Part shown: positions 19,077 to 31,326 of the stretch, piece after piece | Position numbering within the stretch: position 1 is the first letter of the stretch | Layout of the letters: every line of letters begins with the position of its first letter | Source of the DNA: Bacteroidetes bacterium MED-G21 | Lineage (GTDB): Bacteria > Bacteroidota > Bacteroidia > Flavobacteriales > UBA7430 | Assembly: GCA_002457305.1 (NCBI GenBank) | Contig: NTKG01000002.1 | Span: 1 to 62,882 of the forward strand | Direction: 5' to 3' | Length of the DNA: 62,882 nucleotides | Made by a program: the position numbers and the translations under genes | The notes under the pieces: model-generated | What the model was told of the DNA's origin: nothing | Databases searched by the model: none | What the model saw: only the letters and a program-made list of their open reading frames with translations

Positions 19077-22000
19077 TTATCCATGACATTTCTTATACTT
19101 CTTTCCACTTCCACAAGGACAAGGCTCATTTCTACCTACCTTTTTTTCTGTTCTTACTGGCTGAGCCTTTACTTGTTGAGCTTGTCTTGGAACATTTGGA
19201 TTTGATGCACCTTGAGACATTTGAGTTCTAGATGCAGTTAATCCTGACACAGATCTTTGTGGTGCTTTCGCTTGTCTCACCTCTTTTGGATCTCTAATTG
19301 GAAGATTGGCTTTATAAAGGAATGATGAAATATCCGTATTTAGCTTCTCCAACATGGATTTAAATAAATTGAAAGATTCAAATTTATAGATCAATAAAGG
19401 GTCTTTTTGTTCATAAACGGCATTTTGAACAGATTGCTTCAAGTCATCCATTTCTCTCAAATGAACCTTCCATGCTTCATCAATAATAGCAAGAGTAACA
19501 TTCTTCTCAAAAGAATTAATGAGTGATCTCCCCTCGGTATTGTATGCTTCCTCTAAATTAGTGACCACCTGCATAACTTTGGTTCCGTCGGTAAATGGTA
19601 CAACTATATTCTCATAATTGGAATTAGCATCTTCATAAACACCTTTAATTACCGGATATGCGGTCTGTGCAATACGATCCATCTTAATGGTATAAGACCT
19701 AATACTTTCCTCATAAAGAGCCTGAGTTATATCTTCTGCTTTTCCTTTAGAAAATGCTTCCTCATCAAATGGGCAATCCATTGAAAATGAACGTAGTACA
19801 TCCAACTTAAAAGCTTCAAAATCCTTCATCTCTAGATGCACATCAACTAAAAGCTGACAGGTATCAAAACACATATTTGTAATATCTACTGACAAACGCT
19901 CCCCGTCCAAAGCATGACGACGACGCTTATAGACAACCTCACGTTGGGAATTCATGACATCATCATACTCTAATAAACGCTTACGCACACCAAAGTTATT
20001 TTCTTCAACTTTTTTCTGAGCACGTTCAATAGATTTCGAAATCATAGAATGTTGTATTACTTCCCCTTCCTCTAATCCCATACGATCCATTAGCTTAGCA
20101 ATTCGTTCCGAACCAAACAATCGCATCAACTTGTCATCTAAAGAAACAAAGAATTGAGATGAACCCACATCCCCCTGACGACCCGCACGACCTCTTAGCT
20201 GGCGGTCTACACGTCGAGAATCGTGACGTTCTGTACCTACAATAGCCAAACCACCAGCAGCTTTAGTCTCATCACTCAACTTGATGTCAGTACCTCTACC
20301 AGCCATATTCGTTGCAATAGTAACCTTTCCTGGATTTCCTGCATCAGCAACAATACTTGCTTCTTGTTGGTGTTTTTTCGCGTTTAAAACACTATGCTGA
20401 ACGCCTCTAATCTGAAGAATACGAGATAATTTTTCTGAAATATCTACTGACGTTGTACCCACAAGCACAGGACGACCCGATTTAGAAAGGGCTACCACCT
20501 CTTCAACTACAGCATTAAACTTCTCACGCTGTGTTTTATATACTTTATCTTCTTGATCAGCACGAGCAATAGGACGGTTCGTAGGAATAACAATAACATC
20601 CAATTCGTAAATATCCCAAAGCTCTCCCGCTTCTGTTTCGGCTGTACCTGTCATACCCGAGAGTTTATTGTACATACGAAAATAGTTTTGAAGCGTTACC
20701 GTAGCGTGGGTTTGTGTAGCTGCTTCAATTTTAACGTTTTCCTTTGCTTCAATAGCCTGGTGAAGTCCATCAGAATAACGACGTCCGTCCATGATACGAC
20801 CAGTTTGCTCATCAACAATTTTCACCTTGTTGTCCATCACCACATAATCCACCTCCTTTTCAAATAAAGCATAAGCTTTAAGAAGTTGATTCATGGTATG
20901 AATACGCTCACTTTTCACAGCAAAATCTCGCATTAAAACTTCCTTCTCTTCCATTACATCTTCACCAGCTTTTGCTTTTTCCTCAAGCTTGGCCATCTCA
21001 GTACCAACATCTGGGAGAATGTAAAAATTCTCTTCAGACACATTTTTTGAAATCAAATCTATTCCCTTATCAGTAAGTTCAATGGAATTATTTTTCTCTT
21101 CAATCGTAAAATATAAATCATCATCGATAATGTACATTTCTTTAGACTGATCTTGCATGTAGTGATTCTCGGTCTTTTGAAGTAACATTTTCACACCTTC
21201 TTCGGCTAAGAACTTAATCATTGCATTGTTCTTTGGAAGACCTCTGTATGCTCTAAGTAATTTCTTCCCAGCTTCATCATTCTCTCCTGCAGCAAATAAT
21301 TTTTTAGCTTCAGACAACTCAGATGTCACAAATTTTCTCTGCGTATCATAAAGTAATTGTATCTGGGGTTTCAACTCATTAAATTCATGCTCATCACCTT
21401 TTGGAACAGGACCCGAAATGATCAATGGTGTACGGGCATCATCAATCAATACAGAATCTACCTCATCAACAATCGCATAATTATGCTCGCGCTGAACCAA
21501 ATTTTCTGGCGAACGCGCCATGTTATCTCTTAAGTAATCAAAACCAAACTCGTTATTCGTTCCAAACGTAATATCCTTTCTATATGCAGCTCTTCGAGCC
21601 TCAGAATTTGGTTGATGCTTATCAATACAATCAACAGTTAAACCATGGAATTGGTATAAAGGCCCCATCCACTCAGAGTCACGTTTTGCCAAATAATCAT
21701 TTACAGTTACCACGTGCACACCTCTTCCTGTCAAAGCATTTAGATATACAGGAAGTGTAGCAACCAGAGTTTTACCTTCACCTGTTTGCATTTCAGCAAC
21801 CTTTCCATCATGCAACACAGAACCACCTATCAATTGCACATCATAATGCACCATATTCCATATTTGCTCCGCTCCAAATGCCAACCATTTATTCGACCAA
21901 ATAGCCTGATCGCCATCTATGGTTACAAAATCGAATTCTGACGCTAAATCTTTATCAAAATCTTGAGCAGTAACTTTAAGTTCTTTGTTTTGTGCCAAAC

Positions 22001-22367
22001 GACGAGAAGTTTCTTTTACAACTGCAAAAGCTTCTGGTAAAATATCAAGCAAAACTACTTCAGATCTATCATAGGCTTGTTTCTTAAGCTCATCTATCTT
22101 TTTATAAGAAGCTTCTTTTTTTGTTATTTCAATCTCATCCTTATCAAGAGCAGTTTGTATTTTTGCTATTTCTATATTTTGTTCAGAAACTGCTTCATTA
22201 ATCTTATTTTGAAACTCAGAAGTTTTTGCTCTAAGACCGTCATCAGATAATGATTCTATCGAAGGACTTACTTTTTGAACCTTATCAATAATAGGTTTTA
22301 AGACCTTGAGATCTCTCCCAGACTTTGTTCCAAAAAAACTTCCTAATATATTTTTTATGATACTCAT
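19077..22367 (-). CDS. secA: Preprotein translocase ATPase SecA
   Basis: [43 protein letters not shown] and a C-terminal Zn motif [14 protein letters not shown]. Confidence 0.97.
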   Translation of the reverse strand: MSIIKNILGSFFGTKSGRDLKVLKPIIDKVQKVSPSIESLSDDGLRAKTSEFQNKINEAVSEQNIEIAKIQTALDKDEIEITKKEASYKKIDELKKQAYDRSEVVLLDILPEAFAVVKETSRRLAQNKELKVTAQDFDKDLASEFDFVTIDGDQAIWSNKWLAFGAEQIWNMVHYDVQLIGGSVLHDGKVAEMQTGEGKTLVATLPVYLNALTGRGVHVVTVNDYLAKRDSEWMGPLYQFHGLTVDCIDKHQPNSEARRAAYRKDITFGTNNEFGFDYLRDNMARSPENLVQREHNYAIVDEVDSVLIDDARTPLIISGPVPKGDEHEFNELKPQIQLLYDTQRKFVTSELSEAKKLFAAGENDEAGKKLLRAYRGLPKNNAMIKFLAEEGVKMLLQKTENHYMQDQSKEMYIIDDDLYFTIEEKNNSIELTDKGIDLISKNVSEENFYILPDVGTEMAKLEEKAKAGEDVMEEKEVLMRDFAVKSERIHTMNQLLKAYALFEKEVDYVVMDNKVKIVDEQTGRIMDGRRYSDGLHQAIEAKENVKIEAATQTHATVTLQNYFRMYNKLSGMTGTAETEAGELWDIYELDVIVIPTNRPIARADQEDKVYKTQREKFNAVVEEVVALSKSGRPVLVGTTSVDISEKLSRILQIRGVQHSVLNAKKHQQEASIVADAGNPGKVTIATNMAGRGTDIKLSDETKAAGGLAIVGTERHDSRRVDRQLRGRAGRQGDVGSSQFFVSLDDKLMRLFGSERIAKLMDRMGLEEGEVIQHSMISKSIERAQKKVEENNFGVRKRLLEYDDVMNSQREVVYKRRRHALDGERLSVDITNMCFDTCQLLVDVHLEMKDFEAFKLDVLRSFSMDCPFDEEAFSKGKAEDITQALYEESIRSYTIKMDRIAQTAYPVIKGVYEDANSNYENIVVPFTDGTKVMQVVTNLEEAYNTEGRSLINSFEKNVTLAIIDEAWKVHLREMDDLKQSVQNAVYEQKDPLLIYKFESFNLFKSMLEKLNTDISSFLYKANLPIRDPKEVRQAKAPQRSVSGLTASRTQMSQGASNPNVPRQAQQVKAQPVRTEKKVGRNEPCPCGSGKKYKKCHG

Positions 22368-22390
22368 TTTATGATTTTTTCAATCGATAA

Positions 22391-22398
22391 CAAATGTA
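22391..22398 (-). promoter_or_regulatory. Bacteroidota-type -7 box (TACATTTG on minus strand) for secA
   Basis: Plus-strand caaatgta, 23 nt upstream of ATG 22367. Confidence 0.4.
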
Positions 22399-22599
22399 AA
22401 TAAAAAGCATGTATGTATAACTTTGTAAACACTTTTTATCTAAGCAAATTCAAGACCAAAACTTCTAACATGACAATAAGTCTACATCGGAGTTTTACAC
22501 ACTTGGTATCTCAAACACTTACATTTCGAATAAATAGAGAGGAATAGATAATTATTTCTAGTAAATAGTGATTATAAAAAAACTAAAAAATAGGGGAGA

Positions 22600-22821
22600 T
22601 TAATATTCTTCTTCGTTCCATAGAAAATCTTCTTCAGTAGGATAATCGGGCCAAATCTCTTCGATTGACTCGTATGTATCACCCTCATCTTCTATTGCCT
22701 GAAGATTCTCAACTACCTCTAGAGGCGCACCAGTTCGAATTGAATAATCAATCAACTCATCTTTTGTTGCCGGCCAAGGCGCATCACTTAAATAGGATGC
22801 TAATTCCAAAGTCCAATACAT
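22600..22821 (-). CDS. DUF2795-like small acidic protein
   Basis: LASYLSDAPWPATKDELIDYSIRTGAPLEVVENLQAIED matches my recollection of the DUF2795 pattern; 73 aa. Confidence 0.7.
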   Translation of the reverse strand: MYWTLELASYLSDAPWPATKDELIDYSIRTGAPLEVVENLQAIEDEGDTYESIEEIWPDYPTEEDFLWNEEEY

Positions 22822-22843
22822 AATTTTCTTGTTCTATTTTTTG

Positions 22844-22851
22844 CAAATATA
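22844..22851 (-). promoter_or_regulatory. Bacteroidota-type -7 box (TATATTTG on minus strand) for the DUF2795 gene
   Basis: Plus-strand caaatata, 22 nt upstream of ATG 22821. Confidence 0.4.
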
Positions 22852-22895
22852 ATTTTTTTCACAAACTATGCAAATCTTTCTCAACTATCTCTTTC

Positions 22896-23447
22896 TCAAC
22901 TTTTTTCAGGCACCCAAGGTGTTTCTTTTACATTAAGAATTTTCGTGAGATGTCTAGAAAAAACAAAAAGATAATCAGACAATCTGTTCAAATATTGAAT
23001 CACAACTTTTTCAACCTTATTTATTTCAGAAAGCTCAACACAAATTCGTTCTGCACGTCTGCAAATACAACGAGAAATATGACAATAAGACACCGTTGAA
23101 TGCCCTCCAGGTAATACAAATGTTTTTATAGGATCGAGTGATTCTTCCATCTTATCTATAGATGCCTCTAAAAAATCTATATCCTCTAAAGTAATTGAAG
23201 GCAATCTTTTTTTAGACGCTTCATTCTCTGTTGCTAAAAGTGCACCAAGTGTAAACAATCTATCTTGAATGCGAATCAGTTCAAGATTCCTAGACTCATC
23301 TGGTGACAAATCACCTAATAAACCAATATACGAATTCAATTCATCTACAGTACCGTATGCATGAATTCTCAGACTTCCTTTAGAAACTCTTGAACCTCCA
23401 AAAAGTGAAGTTTCACCTTGGTCTCCTGTTTTTGTATAAACTTTCAT
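22896..23447 (-). CDS. ATP:cob(I)alamin adenosyltransferase, PduO type
   Basis: MKVYTKTGDQGETSLFGGSRVSKGSLRIHAYGTVDELNSYIG is the canonical PduO/MMAB N-terminus. Confidence 0.85.
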   Translation of the reverse strand: MKVYTKTGDQGETSLFGGSRVSKGSLRIHAYGTVDELNSYIGLLGDLSPDESRNLELIRIQDRLFTLGALLATENEASKKRLPSITLEDIDFLEASIDKMEESLDPIKTFVLPGGHSTVSYCHISRCICRRAERICVELSEINKVEKVVIQYLNRLSDYLFVFSRHLTKILNVKETPWVPEKS

Positions 23448-23451
23448 CTAA

Positions 23452-24159
23452 TCATATTAATTTTACGATATTTTCATTATTAAGGTCAGACTCTACCAAA
23501 CCATCTCTTAAGCGTAATATACGATGAGCATACGAGGCAACTTCCTCTTCATGAGTAACTACAATAAGTGTATTACCCATTTCATGTATCTCTTCAAAAA
23601 GACGCATAATATCTAAGGATGTTTTGGAATCTAAATTTCCAGTAGGCTCATCTGCTAAAATAATAGACGGATCATTTACCAGAGCTCTAGCTACTGCTAC
23701 ACGCTGTCTTTGCCCTCCGGAAAGCTGATTTGGACGGTGATCCATACGATCGCCCAATCCTACTTTTTCAAGTACATCTACGGCTTTTATTTTACGATCT
23801 TCAGAATTATACCCCGCATATACTAATGGCAGAGAAACATTCTCTAATGCTGTAAGACGAGGCAATAGATTAAAGGTCTGAAAAATAAATCCGATTTCTT
23901 TATTTCGAATTTCAGCCAAGTCATCATCCTTTAGCGAACTAACATCTGTTCCATTTAAATTATAAGCTCCTCCTGTAGGTGTATCTAAACAACCTAAAAG
24001 ATTCATTAAAGTAGACTTCCCACTTCCAGATGGGCCCATCATGGCAAGATATTCATTCTTCATAACAGAAACATCAACACCTTTGAGGGCTTTTACAATT
24101 TCTGAGCCTACAGCAAACTCTCTCTTTAATCCTTTTATTTCAATAATCTTATCGGCCAT
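23452..24159 (-). CDS. ABC transporter ATP-binding protein (LolD/MacB-associated type)
   Basis: [39 protein letters not shown] 24159 ([11 protein letters not shown]) is preferred over the GTG at 24168. Confidence 0.85.
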   Translation of the reverse strand: MADKIIEIKGLKREFAVGSEIVKALKGVDVSVMKNEYLAMMGPSGSGKSTLMNLLGCLDTPTGGAYNLNGTDVSSLKDDDLAEIRNKEIGFIFQTFNLLPRLTALENVSLPLVYAGYNSEDRKIKAVDVLEKVGLGDRMDHRPNQLSGGQRQRVAVARALVNDPSIILADEPTGNLDSKTSLDIMRLFEEIHEMGNTLIVVTHEEEVASYAHRILRLRDGLVESDLNNENIVKLI

Positions 24160-24193
24160 AAATTTCACATTATTAGGAACTTTAAAAATACAT

Positions 24194-24814
24194 TCAACGC
24201 ATCTTTACTACGAAGTGTTGTTTTGATATTTTTTTATCAACTAGCAATATACCAAATTGAAATAAGTCTATTGAGATTGAAATATCTTTTAAGGAACATA
24301 ATTCCTTCCAAATATTATCCTTCAGTTCATTTTGATGTGGGTTTTTGATAATCACACATTTATAATTTAATATAATATCTTTTGTAAAAGCATCAATTTC
24401 TTCAAGATAAATTAAATCTGCAAGATGACCTTCACTTAACGAAACACCTACCCCCTCAAAAACATTTAATTCTTGATTTGAAAAATGACATAAAGAAGAT
24501 ACAGAAAGACTCTTTTGATTACTTGGAACAGCTAAAGCCAGTGAAGCAGGGAAATTTTCCGACGCAACAAAAATCGAATTTGGCTTATAAAAAGCCACCC
24601 AACGGTATAAAAACAAAGCATCAACCTCAGAAATAAACTTCGTGTATGCAGAAAGTATTCCGCGGAATTGCTTAAAAAAATAAAACTCCTTTTTTGCCGC
24701 AATTACTTCATTATAAAAGTCAAATAGAAAAGGGGAATGTAAACCATGTGCATTTACAGCCCTTAAATGGTAATTTAAATAAGTCTTTATTTTAAAAAAA
24801 AGATGGGCTATCAT
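24194..24814 (-). CDS. Hypothetical protein (206 aa)
   Basis: Intact ORF in a dense operon context. The N-terminal [25 protein letters not shown] resembles proteins I recall being annotated as class I SAM-dependent methyltransferases, but I see no GxGxG motif. Confidence 0.5.
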   Translation of the reverse strand: MIAHLFFKIKTYLNYHLRAVNAHGLHSPFLFDFYNEVIAAKKEFYFFKQFRGILSAYTKFISEVDALFLYRWVAFYKPNSIFVASENFPASLALAVPSNQKSLSVSSLCHFSNQELNVFEGVGVSLSEGHLADLIYLEEIDAFTKDIILNYKCVIIKNPHQNELKDNIWKELCSLKDISISIDLFQFGILLVDKKISKQHFVVKMR

Positions 24815-24824
24815 TATAAAATCA

Positions 24825-26681
24825 TCACATTAATTCTGCCAGTTCCATCCAGCGATCAGTTTTCTCAGAAATCTCGTCATCAATTTCTTTGATACGCTTT
24901 CCCAATTCTTTCATTTTTTCGGGATTGAGATCAGGATCGTTAAATCGCGATCCAATAGATGTTTTTTCCTGTTCCAAGGCATCAATTACCGACTCAATAG
25001 TATCGTATTCTTTCTTCTCATTATAAGTAAGTTTACGTTTCCCCTTAGTAACTTTATCTTTAACAACTTTATCTTTTGGCTTCGTTTGCTTAAGCTTATC
25101 AGCTTGAGAAATATGGGATCTATAATCTGTATAATTCCCAGGAAAATCTCTCACCTGACCTTCACCTTCAAAAATAAACAAATGATCTACCAAACGATCC
25201 ATAAAATAACGATCGTGAGAAACGGTGATCATACAGCCTTCAAACTCATCCAAAAAATCCTCCAATACTTTTAGCGTTATAAGATCTAAATCATTCGTAG
25301 GTTCATCTAAGATTAAAAAATTTGGGTTTTTCATCAAAATAGTAAGCAAATACAAACGTTTTTTTTCTCCACCACTCAAGACCGAAACATGCTTCCATTG
25401 CGCATCCTTAGAAAACAGAAAACGTTCCAATAATTGTGCTGCGGTCATCTTACGCCCGCCTACCAATGGAATGTACTCAGCAATATCACGTACAATTTCT
25501 ATCACACGTTTGCCCTCATCCATCTTCATACCTTTTTGAGTGTAATAGCCTATCTCAACTGTATCGCCAACCACAATTTTACCTGCATCAATAGATTCAG
25601 TTCCCGTAAGCATGTTCAATACTGTTGTCTTACCTACACCATTCTTACCTACAATACCAACACGATCACGCTTTTTAAATGTATACGTAAATTGGTCAAG
25701 GATTTTTAGATCACCATAAGCTTTTGACACCTTGTGCAATTCTAAAATTTTAGACCCTAAACGTGTCATCTGAACTTCAAGTTGAATTTTATCGTTTTTA
25801 ATTTTCTTTTTTGCAGATTTCTCTACATCATAAAAACTTTCAATACGTGCTTTAGATTTTGTACCACGTGCTTTAGGTTGTCTTCGCATCCATTCGAGCT
25901 CTTTAGAGTACAAATTCTTTGCTTTATCAATATTCGTTTGCAATATAGCCTGACGTTCTTCTTTCTTTTCTAAATAATAAGTATAATTCCCTTTGTATCG
26001 GTAGAGGTCTCCTTCTTCCAATTCCAATATCTCATTACATATAGCATCTAAAAAATAACGGTCGTGAGTAACTATAAAAAGCGTTATTTGTTCTTTAGAT
26101 AAATACTCCTGCAACCACTCTATCATCTCAAGATCTAAGTGGTTGGTTGGTTCATCAAGGATTAGAAAATCAGGCTGATCAATTAAAATTTTTGCAAGAG
26201 AAAGTCTTTTTCTTTGCCCACCCGAAAGTATCGAAACCTCTTGTTGTAGATCATCAAGTTTTAGCTTGGATAAAATAGTTTTTACTTTCACCTCATAATC
26301 CCAAGCTTCCATTCGATCCATTTGATCAAATGCTTTTTGAAATACCTTCGTATCATCTGGGTTTAACAAGGCTGCCTCATACGCTCGAATAGCCAAAAGC
26401 ATAGGGTTTTCAGACTCATAAATTGCCTCAAATACCGTTTTCGCATTTCCAAAATCGGATTCTTGTTTTAAAAATGCTACTTGAATTCCTTTTCTGTAAA
26501 CAATCTCTCCAGTATCGGGAGGCTCCATACCAGCCAAAGCTCTTAGTATAGTCGTTTTACCCGTACCATTTCGCGCCACTAAGGCAACTTTCTGACCTTG
26601 ATCAACCCCAAATTTTAAGCCCTTAAATAGAGTTTGAACACCATATGATTTGCCTAAATCTTGTACCGATAAATAGTTCAT
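24825..26681 (-). CDS. ABC-F family ATPase (two ABC domains, no TM domain)
   Basis: Two Walker A sites (ARNGTGKTT, GKNGVGKTT), two signatures (LSGGQRKRLSLA, LSGGEKKRLYL) and a charged linker plus C-terminal coiled coil. Confidence 0.9.
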   Translation of the reverse strand: MNYLSVQDLGKSYGVQTLFKGLKFGVDQGQKVALVARNGTGKTTILRALAGMEPPDTGEIVYRKGIQVAFLKQESDFGNAKTVFEAIYESENPMLLAIRAYEAALLNPDDTKVFQKAFDQMDRMEAWDYEVKVKTILSKLKLDDLQQEVSILSGGQRKRLSLAKILIDQPDFLILDEPTNHLDLEMIEWLQEYLSKEQITLFIVTHDRYFLDAICNEILELEEGDLYRYKGNYTYYLEKKEERQAILQTNIDKAKNLYSKELEWMRRQPKARGTKSKARIESFYDVEKSAKKKIKNDKIQLEVQMTRLGSKILELHKVSKAYGDLKILDQFTYTFKKRDRVGIVGKNGVGKTTVLNMLTGTESIDAGKIVVGDTVEIGYYTQKGMKMDEGKRVIEIVRDIAEYIPLVGGRKMTAAQLLERFLFSKDAQWKHVSVLSGGEKKRLYLLTILMKNPNFLILDEPTNDLDLITLKVLEDFLDEFEGCMITVSHDRYFMDRLVDHLFIFEGEGQVRDFPGNYTDYRSHISQADKLKQTKPKDKVVKDKVTKGKRKLTYNEKKEYDTIESVIDALEQEKTSIGSRFNDPDLNPEKMKELGKRIKEIDDEISEKTDRWMELAELM

Positions 26682-26693
26682 TCAGATGAAATC

Positions 26694-27659
26694 TTAGTAG
26701 TAAGAATCCTTTAACAAGTAATTGCCCACATAATCAGCAACACCTTCCTCCAAAGTGTGGAAGGATTTATTGTAGCCAATACTTTTCAACTTAGACATAT
26801 TTGCCTCTGTAAAGTATTGATATTTATCACGAATATCGGCCGGTATATCAATAAAACTAATCTCTTCTTTCACATTCACCCCCTTAAAAGTTGCTCTGGC
26901 TAAATCTAGGAAAGTACGTGCTTTTCCAGTACCTAGATTGTACAAGCCCGAATCTTTACGGTGGTGTAAAAAGAAATACAAAACGTCTACCACATCTTTT
27001 ACATAAACGAAATCGCGTAACTGCATTCCATCTTTAAACTTAGGATTATGCGATCGGAATAATTTCATTGCTCCCGATTCACTAACTTGTTTAAAAGTAT
27101 GGTAGACTACCGAGGCCATTCTGATTTTGTGGTATTCATTAGGTCCATAAACATTAAAGAATTTTATTCCGGCCCAAAAATAAGGTTTACGCTCCTGTGC
27201 CAATGCCCATTTGTCAAAATCGTTTTTGGAATCTCCATAAGGATTTAATGGTGAAAGCTTGTCAACTACTTCGTGAGTATCTTCATAACCTTGCTCTCCC
27301 AAACCATAGGTAGCTGCAGAAGAAGCGTACAATAGAGGAATCCCATAGTCGATACATGCATGCCACATTTGTTTGGTGTAGTTCAAATTAAGCTTATCAA
27401 AAACCGCGACATCAAATTCACTGGTATCAGTTCTTGCGCCTATATGAAAGATAAATTGAACCAAATTTTCATTTTCCTCTAACCAATCAAAAAAATCATC
27501 CCTATGTAATTTTTCAGAATAGATTTTCCCTTCAAGGTTTTTATTTTTATCAGCTCTTGAGAAGTCATCTACAACAACAATATCCTTAAAATCCTCCTGG
27601 TTTAACTTAGAAACCATACAAGAACCTATAAAACCTGCTGCACCTGTAACTACAATCAT
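26694..27659 (-). CDS. hldD: ADP-L-glycero-D-manno-heptose 6-epimerase-like NAD-dependent epimerase
   Basis: [13 protein letters not shown]...[10 protein letters not shown]...PLNPYGDSK...[19 protein letters not shown]...RDFVYVKDV...NLGTG runs parallel to E. coli HldD along its whole length. Confidence 0.75.
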   Translation of the reverse strand: MIVVTGAAGFIGSCMVSKLNQEDFKDIVVVDDFSRADKNKNLEGKIYSEKLHRDDFFDWLEENENLVQFIFHIGARTDTSEFDVAVFDKLNLNYTKQMWHACIDYGIPLLYASSAATYGLGEQGYEDTHEVVDKLSPLNPYGDSKNDFDKWALAQERKPYFWAGIKFFNVYGPNEYHKIRMASVVYHTFKQVSESGAMKLFRSHNPKFKDGMQLRDFVYVKDVVDVLYFFLHHRKDSGLYNLGTGKARTFLDLARATFKGVNVKEEISFIDIPADIRDKYQYFTEANMSKLKSIGYNKSFHTLEEGVADYVGNYLLKDSYY

Positions 27660-29758
27660 AATTTTTTGTTCATCAATTCAAATGCCTTTTCTGCTTCTTC
27701 AACAGGCATCTGGCATACTTTGTTTTCGCAAACAAAGATACGTGTTTGTCCTTTGCTGTAACGATTTTCAAGTAATGGAAGTTTACTCTCCTTAATTGAA
27801 CCACAAAGCATCTTATTTGGAATATATATAGTATTTAATTCTACCGACTTTTGCTGAGCAGATTTTCCTACAATCGCCACCTCATAAAATGGATAAAGCT
27901 GATTGATTAATAGGTTCAACCAATTGGAATATCCCGAAGGATAACTTTTAACATCACCTATCACATTATTAAGCATCTGAACAGCTTTATCTTTATAATC
28001 TTCCCGACCATAATGATGCGATAAAACAAACAAATTATTTGCCATTACAGAATTTGAGGCAGGAATTACATTATCATTCACTTCCATTTTTCGAGCAATA
28101 AGCGCAGGGTCTTCATCCGAAGTAAAAAAGAACATTCCAGACTCATCATCGTAGAAATGCTCTATAGAATAAGTCATTAACGCATCAGCTTCTTTCAACC
28201 ATTTCACATCAAAAGTGGCTTCATATAATTTTAAAAAAGCATCAACAATAAAAGCGTAATCTTCCAAATAAGCGTTAATTGTTGAACGCCCTTTCTTATA
28301 GGAATGATTTAATCCGCCATCCTTTCTTAATTGTTTTTTTACAATGAATTTAGCATTCTCTAGAGCTACATCTAAAAAATGTTTCTCCCCAAAAGTTAAA
28401 TAAGCATCTACATAACCTTTTAACATCAAACCATTCCATGAGGTGAGTGTTTTATCATCCAATCCCGGACGAATTCTCTTATCGCGTGCCACCATCAAGA
28501 CCTTTTGACAATCAGCGATTATTGCCTGAAGATCTTCTGGTGAAATGCTTTGCTTTTCAGCAATTGTTTTATCATCTTCATCGCGCACCAAAATATAATT
28601 TTCATGCTCCCAATAGCCTTTTCGATTTACATTGTAATAGTCTGCAAAAAGCGCATAATTATCACCTAACAAAGACATCAACTCCTCTTTCTTCCATACA
28701 TAAAATTTCCCCTCTTCCCCATCGCTGTCGGCATCTAAAGCAGAATAAAAAGCACCTTCATCAGAACGCAACTCACGTTCAATAAAATCTAATGTTCCAT
28801 ATACCAGATTCTTATAATCTACATCCTGAAACTTTTGGTAAGCTTCACAGTACAAGCTTACGATCTGTCCATTGTCATAAAGCATCTTCTCAAAATGTGG
28901 CACTTTCCATAGCTTATCTGTTGAATAACGCGTAATACCTCCACCCAAATGGTCATAAATACCTCCATAAGCAATCTTATCTAATGTTAATTTCACATGA
29001 TCCAATACCGTCTGATTGGCACTTAAATGTGCGTAACGCAATAAAAACTGATAATTATTTGGAATAGGAAACTTAGGTGATCTATTCGGTCCACCTTCTT
29101 TATTATCAAAATTTTTAGCCCAGGCATCCAGAACTTCTGAGAGTTGTGATTTTTTAAAATTGGGTGCTTGCTCATTTAATTCTACCAACTCACTTTGTTG
29201 AATCCCCTGAGTTAATCGTTCGGCATACTCAAAAACTTTTTCAGGATTTTGCTCATAAAAATCTGCAATGGTATTTATTTGTTCTATCCATTGATCTGTC
29301 CTAAAATATGTTCCGCCCCAAACAGGTCTTCCATCTGGAAGAACTATACAATTTAATGGCCATCCACCTCTACCGCTCATCAGTTGTACGGCATTCATAT
29401 ATATCTGATCTACATCAGGACGTTCTTCTCTGTCTACTTTGATGTTAATGTATCTCTCATTCATCACTTTAGAAGCAGAATCATCTTCAAAACTTTCATG
29501 TTCCATAACATGACACCAATGACAAGCAGAATAGCCAACACTCACAATTACCATTTTATTCTCTGCTTTGGCTTTTGCAAATGCTTCTTCACCCCAAGGA
29601 TACCAATCTACAGGGTTATGCGCGTGCTGTAATAAGTACGGTGAGGTTTCGTCTACTAATCTATTGGTATGTGCATGCTCCATTGGATGTTTTTCTTGTG
29701 ACTGAACGCAAGAACTCGATAAAGTCATTGCTAACAAAACGAACAAAAGTTTTCTCAT
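27656..29758 (-). CDS. Thioredoxin-domain (DUF255/YyaL-type) protein with N-acylglucosamine-epimerase-like domain, lipoprotein signal
   Basis: [45 protein letters not shown]; signal [17 protein letters not shown]; ATGA overlap with hldD. Confidence 0.85.
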   Translation of the reverse strand: MRKLLFVLLAMTLSSSCVQSQEKHPMEHAHTNRLVDETSPYLLQHAHNPVDWYPWGEEAFAKAKAENKMVIVSVGYSACHWCHVMEHESFEDDSASKVMNERYINIKVDREERPDVDQIYMNAVQLMSGRGGWPLNCIVLPDGRPVWGGTYFRTDQWIEQINTIADFYEQNPEKVFEYAERLTQGIQQSELVELNEQAPNFKKSQLSEVLDAWAKNFDNKEGGPNRSPKFPIPNNYQFLLRYAHLSANQTVLDHVKLTLDKIAYGGIYDHLGGGITRYSTDKLWKVPHFEKMLYDNGQIVSLYCEAYQKFQDVDYKNLVYGTLDFIERELRSDEGAFYSALDADSDGEEGKFYVWKKEELMSLLGDNYALFADYYNVNRKGYWEHENYILVRDEDDKTIAEKQSISPEDLQAIIADCQKVLMVARDKRIRPGLDDKTLTSWNGLMLKGYVDAYLTFGEKHFLDVALENAKFIVKKQLRKDGGLNHSYKKGRSTINAYLEDYAFIVDAFLKLYEATFDVKWLKEADALMTYSIEHFYDDESGMFFFTSDEDPALIARKMEVNDNVIPASNSVMANNLFVLSHHYGREDYKDKAVQMLNNVIGDVKSYPSGYSNWLNLLINQLYPFYEVAIVGKSAQQKSVELNTIYIPNKMLCGSIKESKLPLLENRYSKGQTRIFVCENKVCQMPVEEAEKAFELMNKKL

Positions 29759-29833
29759 TATTATCTCTTATAGCTCGCAAGATAGAAAAATAACATGCCA
29801 CATGATCAAGTATATGAAACTGATGCTAATCTT

Positions 29834-30661
29834 CTATACAAACAAGGCTATATTTGATGGTTTTATTAATTTATTATTCACCATAAAATCACACATATGT
29901 TGTATGGCGGCTTTTCCTTTTTCTCCAAGAGAAAGACTGTAATGATTCACATACAGATGAATATGCTTTTGCATTACTGTTTCATCCATTTCCTGAGCGT
30001 ATTCTTTTATAAAAGCTAAACTCTCTGACGGATTTTCAAAAGCAAATTCTAAGCTCTTTTTAATGAGTCTTTGTACTTTTTCTTGTAATTCGGGTTCTAG
30101 TTTTCTTTTAATTGCTATACCTCCCAGAGGAATAGGCATTCCTGTGTTTTGCTCCCAGTGTTCTCCCAAATCTTTAACCTTTTCAAAACCTCTGACAGCA
30201 TAAGTAAAACGGTTTTCGTGTATAATCAATCCTGCAGAAACTTCTTTAGTTTTTACTGCTGATTCAATATCCGAGAAAATTATTTCCTTTTTATTTTGCA
30301 ACTCAGGGTAAGCATAATTCAACAGAAAATTTGCAGTGGTATATTTTCCAGGAATGGCAATTAGATCATTATCCTTAGGATTTAAAGCGCACTGATCTTT
30401 TATTAGTAAAGGCCCGCAATTACTCCCTAAAGCAGAACCTGAATCCATCATTATATATTCATCTAAAACATAAAAAAAAGCATGGTAACTCAATTTTGTG
30501 ATATCCAACTCACCATTTAATGCCATTTGATTCAGTTCTTCAACATCGGCCATACGGACCTCAAAATCTAATCCTTCGGTATCAATTTTACCATGAATCA
30601 ATGCATCAAAAATAAATGTGTCATTTGGACAAGGTGAAAAACCAAGAGTCAATTTCTTCAT
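29834..30661 (-). CDS. mqnD: 1,4-dihydroxy-6-naphthoate synthase (futalosine pathway)
   Basis: MKKLTLGFSPCPNDTFIFDALIHGKIDTEGL is the characteristic MqnD N-terminus; 275 aa. Confidence 0.85.
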   Translation of the reverse strand: MKKLTLGFSPCPNDTFIFDALIHGKIDTEGLDFEVRMADVEELNQMALNGELDITKLSYHAFFYVLDEYIMMDSGSALGSNCGPLLIKDQCALNPKDNDLIAIPGKYTTANFLLNYAYPELQNKKEIIFSDIESAVKTKEVSAGLIIHENRFTYAVRGFEKVKDLGEHWEQNTGMPIPLGGIAIKRKLEPELQEKVQRLIKKSLEFAFENPSESLAFIKEYAQEMDETVMQKHIHLYVNHYSLSLGEKGKAAIQHMCDFMVNNKLIKPSNIALFV

Positions 30662-30663
30662 GA

Positions 30664-31326
30664 TTAAATCAATTTCAAAATTTCAGTATTCAAACTTTGT
30701 ATCGCCAATGAAATATCCCATGAAGCTCTATTTCTTCTTTCCACATAATTGGAAATAGCTCGAATTTGAAGGCAAGGTATCTTAGCTATTTTACAAGCAT
30801 AAAAAAACGCCGCTCCCTCCATGCTTTCTATCTGCGGTTTGAACCGTTCAATAGTCTTTACGATTCGCTCTTCAGAGCCATGAACCTTATTTACTGTTAT
30901 CGATTTCACTTTTGGGTAAGTCAAATTCCAAACCTCCTGTTCATTACTTAAAACCCCAGACTGAAAAGGAAATTCATCCGTCTCAATGAGTTGCAAATCC
31001 AACAGGGATAAAAAATTTGCGCCGTCTTCAGCGCCCATTTCAGGAAACTGATCTTCAACAACCTCTACTACAGATCCTAGAGGAATGTCTTTATCAAACG
31101 AACCAGCAATTCCTGAATTGATCACTCTATCATATTTATGAAAAGCTAATACACGACCCAAATAAAAAGAAGTTGCCACCATCCCTACACCGGTACACAA
31201 TAAGTCAAATTCTTTAGAACCTAACCTGTAAGTATTCAATTTATCATCAATCTGATTGATTTTTTCAGCCTTGTCCAAAAGAGGCTTTAGCTCTAAATAT
31301 GTTGACGATACAACAAGTGTTTTCAT
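30664..31326 (-). CDS. mqnB: Futalosine hydrolase (nucleoside phosphorylase fold)
   Basis: PNP/UDP-fold motifs (GVGMVATS, SGIAGSF, ESMEGAAFFYAC), 220 aa, 2 nt upstream of mqnD. Confidence 0.75.
   Translation of the reverse strand: MKTLVVSSTYLELKPLLDKAEKINQIDDKLNTYRLGSKEFDLLCTGVGMVATSFYLGRVLAFHKYDRVINSGIAGSFDKDIPLGSVVEVVEDQFPEMGAEDGANFLSLLDLQLIETDEFPFQSGVLSNEQEVWNLTYPKVKSITVNKVHGSEERIVKTIERFKPQIESMEGAAFFYACKIAKIPCLQIRAISNYVERRNRASWDISLAIQSLNTEILKLI

Noticed and set aside
20553-20867. Antisense or alternative-frame ORFs of 60-120 aa inside large genes (for example secA 20553..20867, the Trx-domain gene 28447..28785, the ABC-F gene 25086..25973, fusA 60137..60499, rplX/rplN 54143..54460)
   Set aside because: These are expected in AT-rich DNA opposite long genes. 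They are low-complexity, lack promoter boxes and are fully embedded in conserved genes.
29008-29024. Sigma-54-like TGGCAC...TGC sequence
   Set aside because: The GG-to-GC spacing is off by one from the -24/-12 consensus. It lies on the plus strand deep inside a minus-strand CDS, with no gene downstream to drive.
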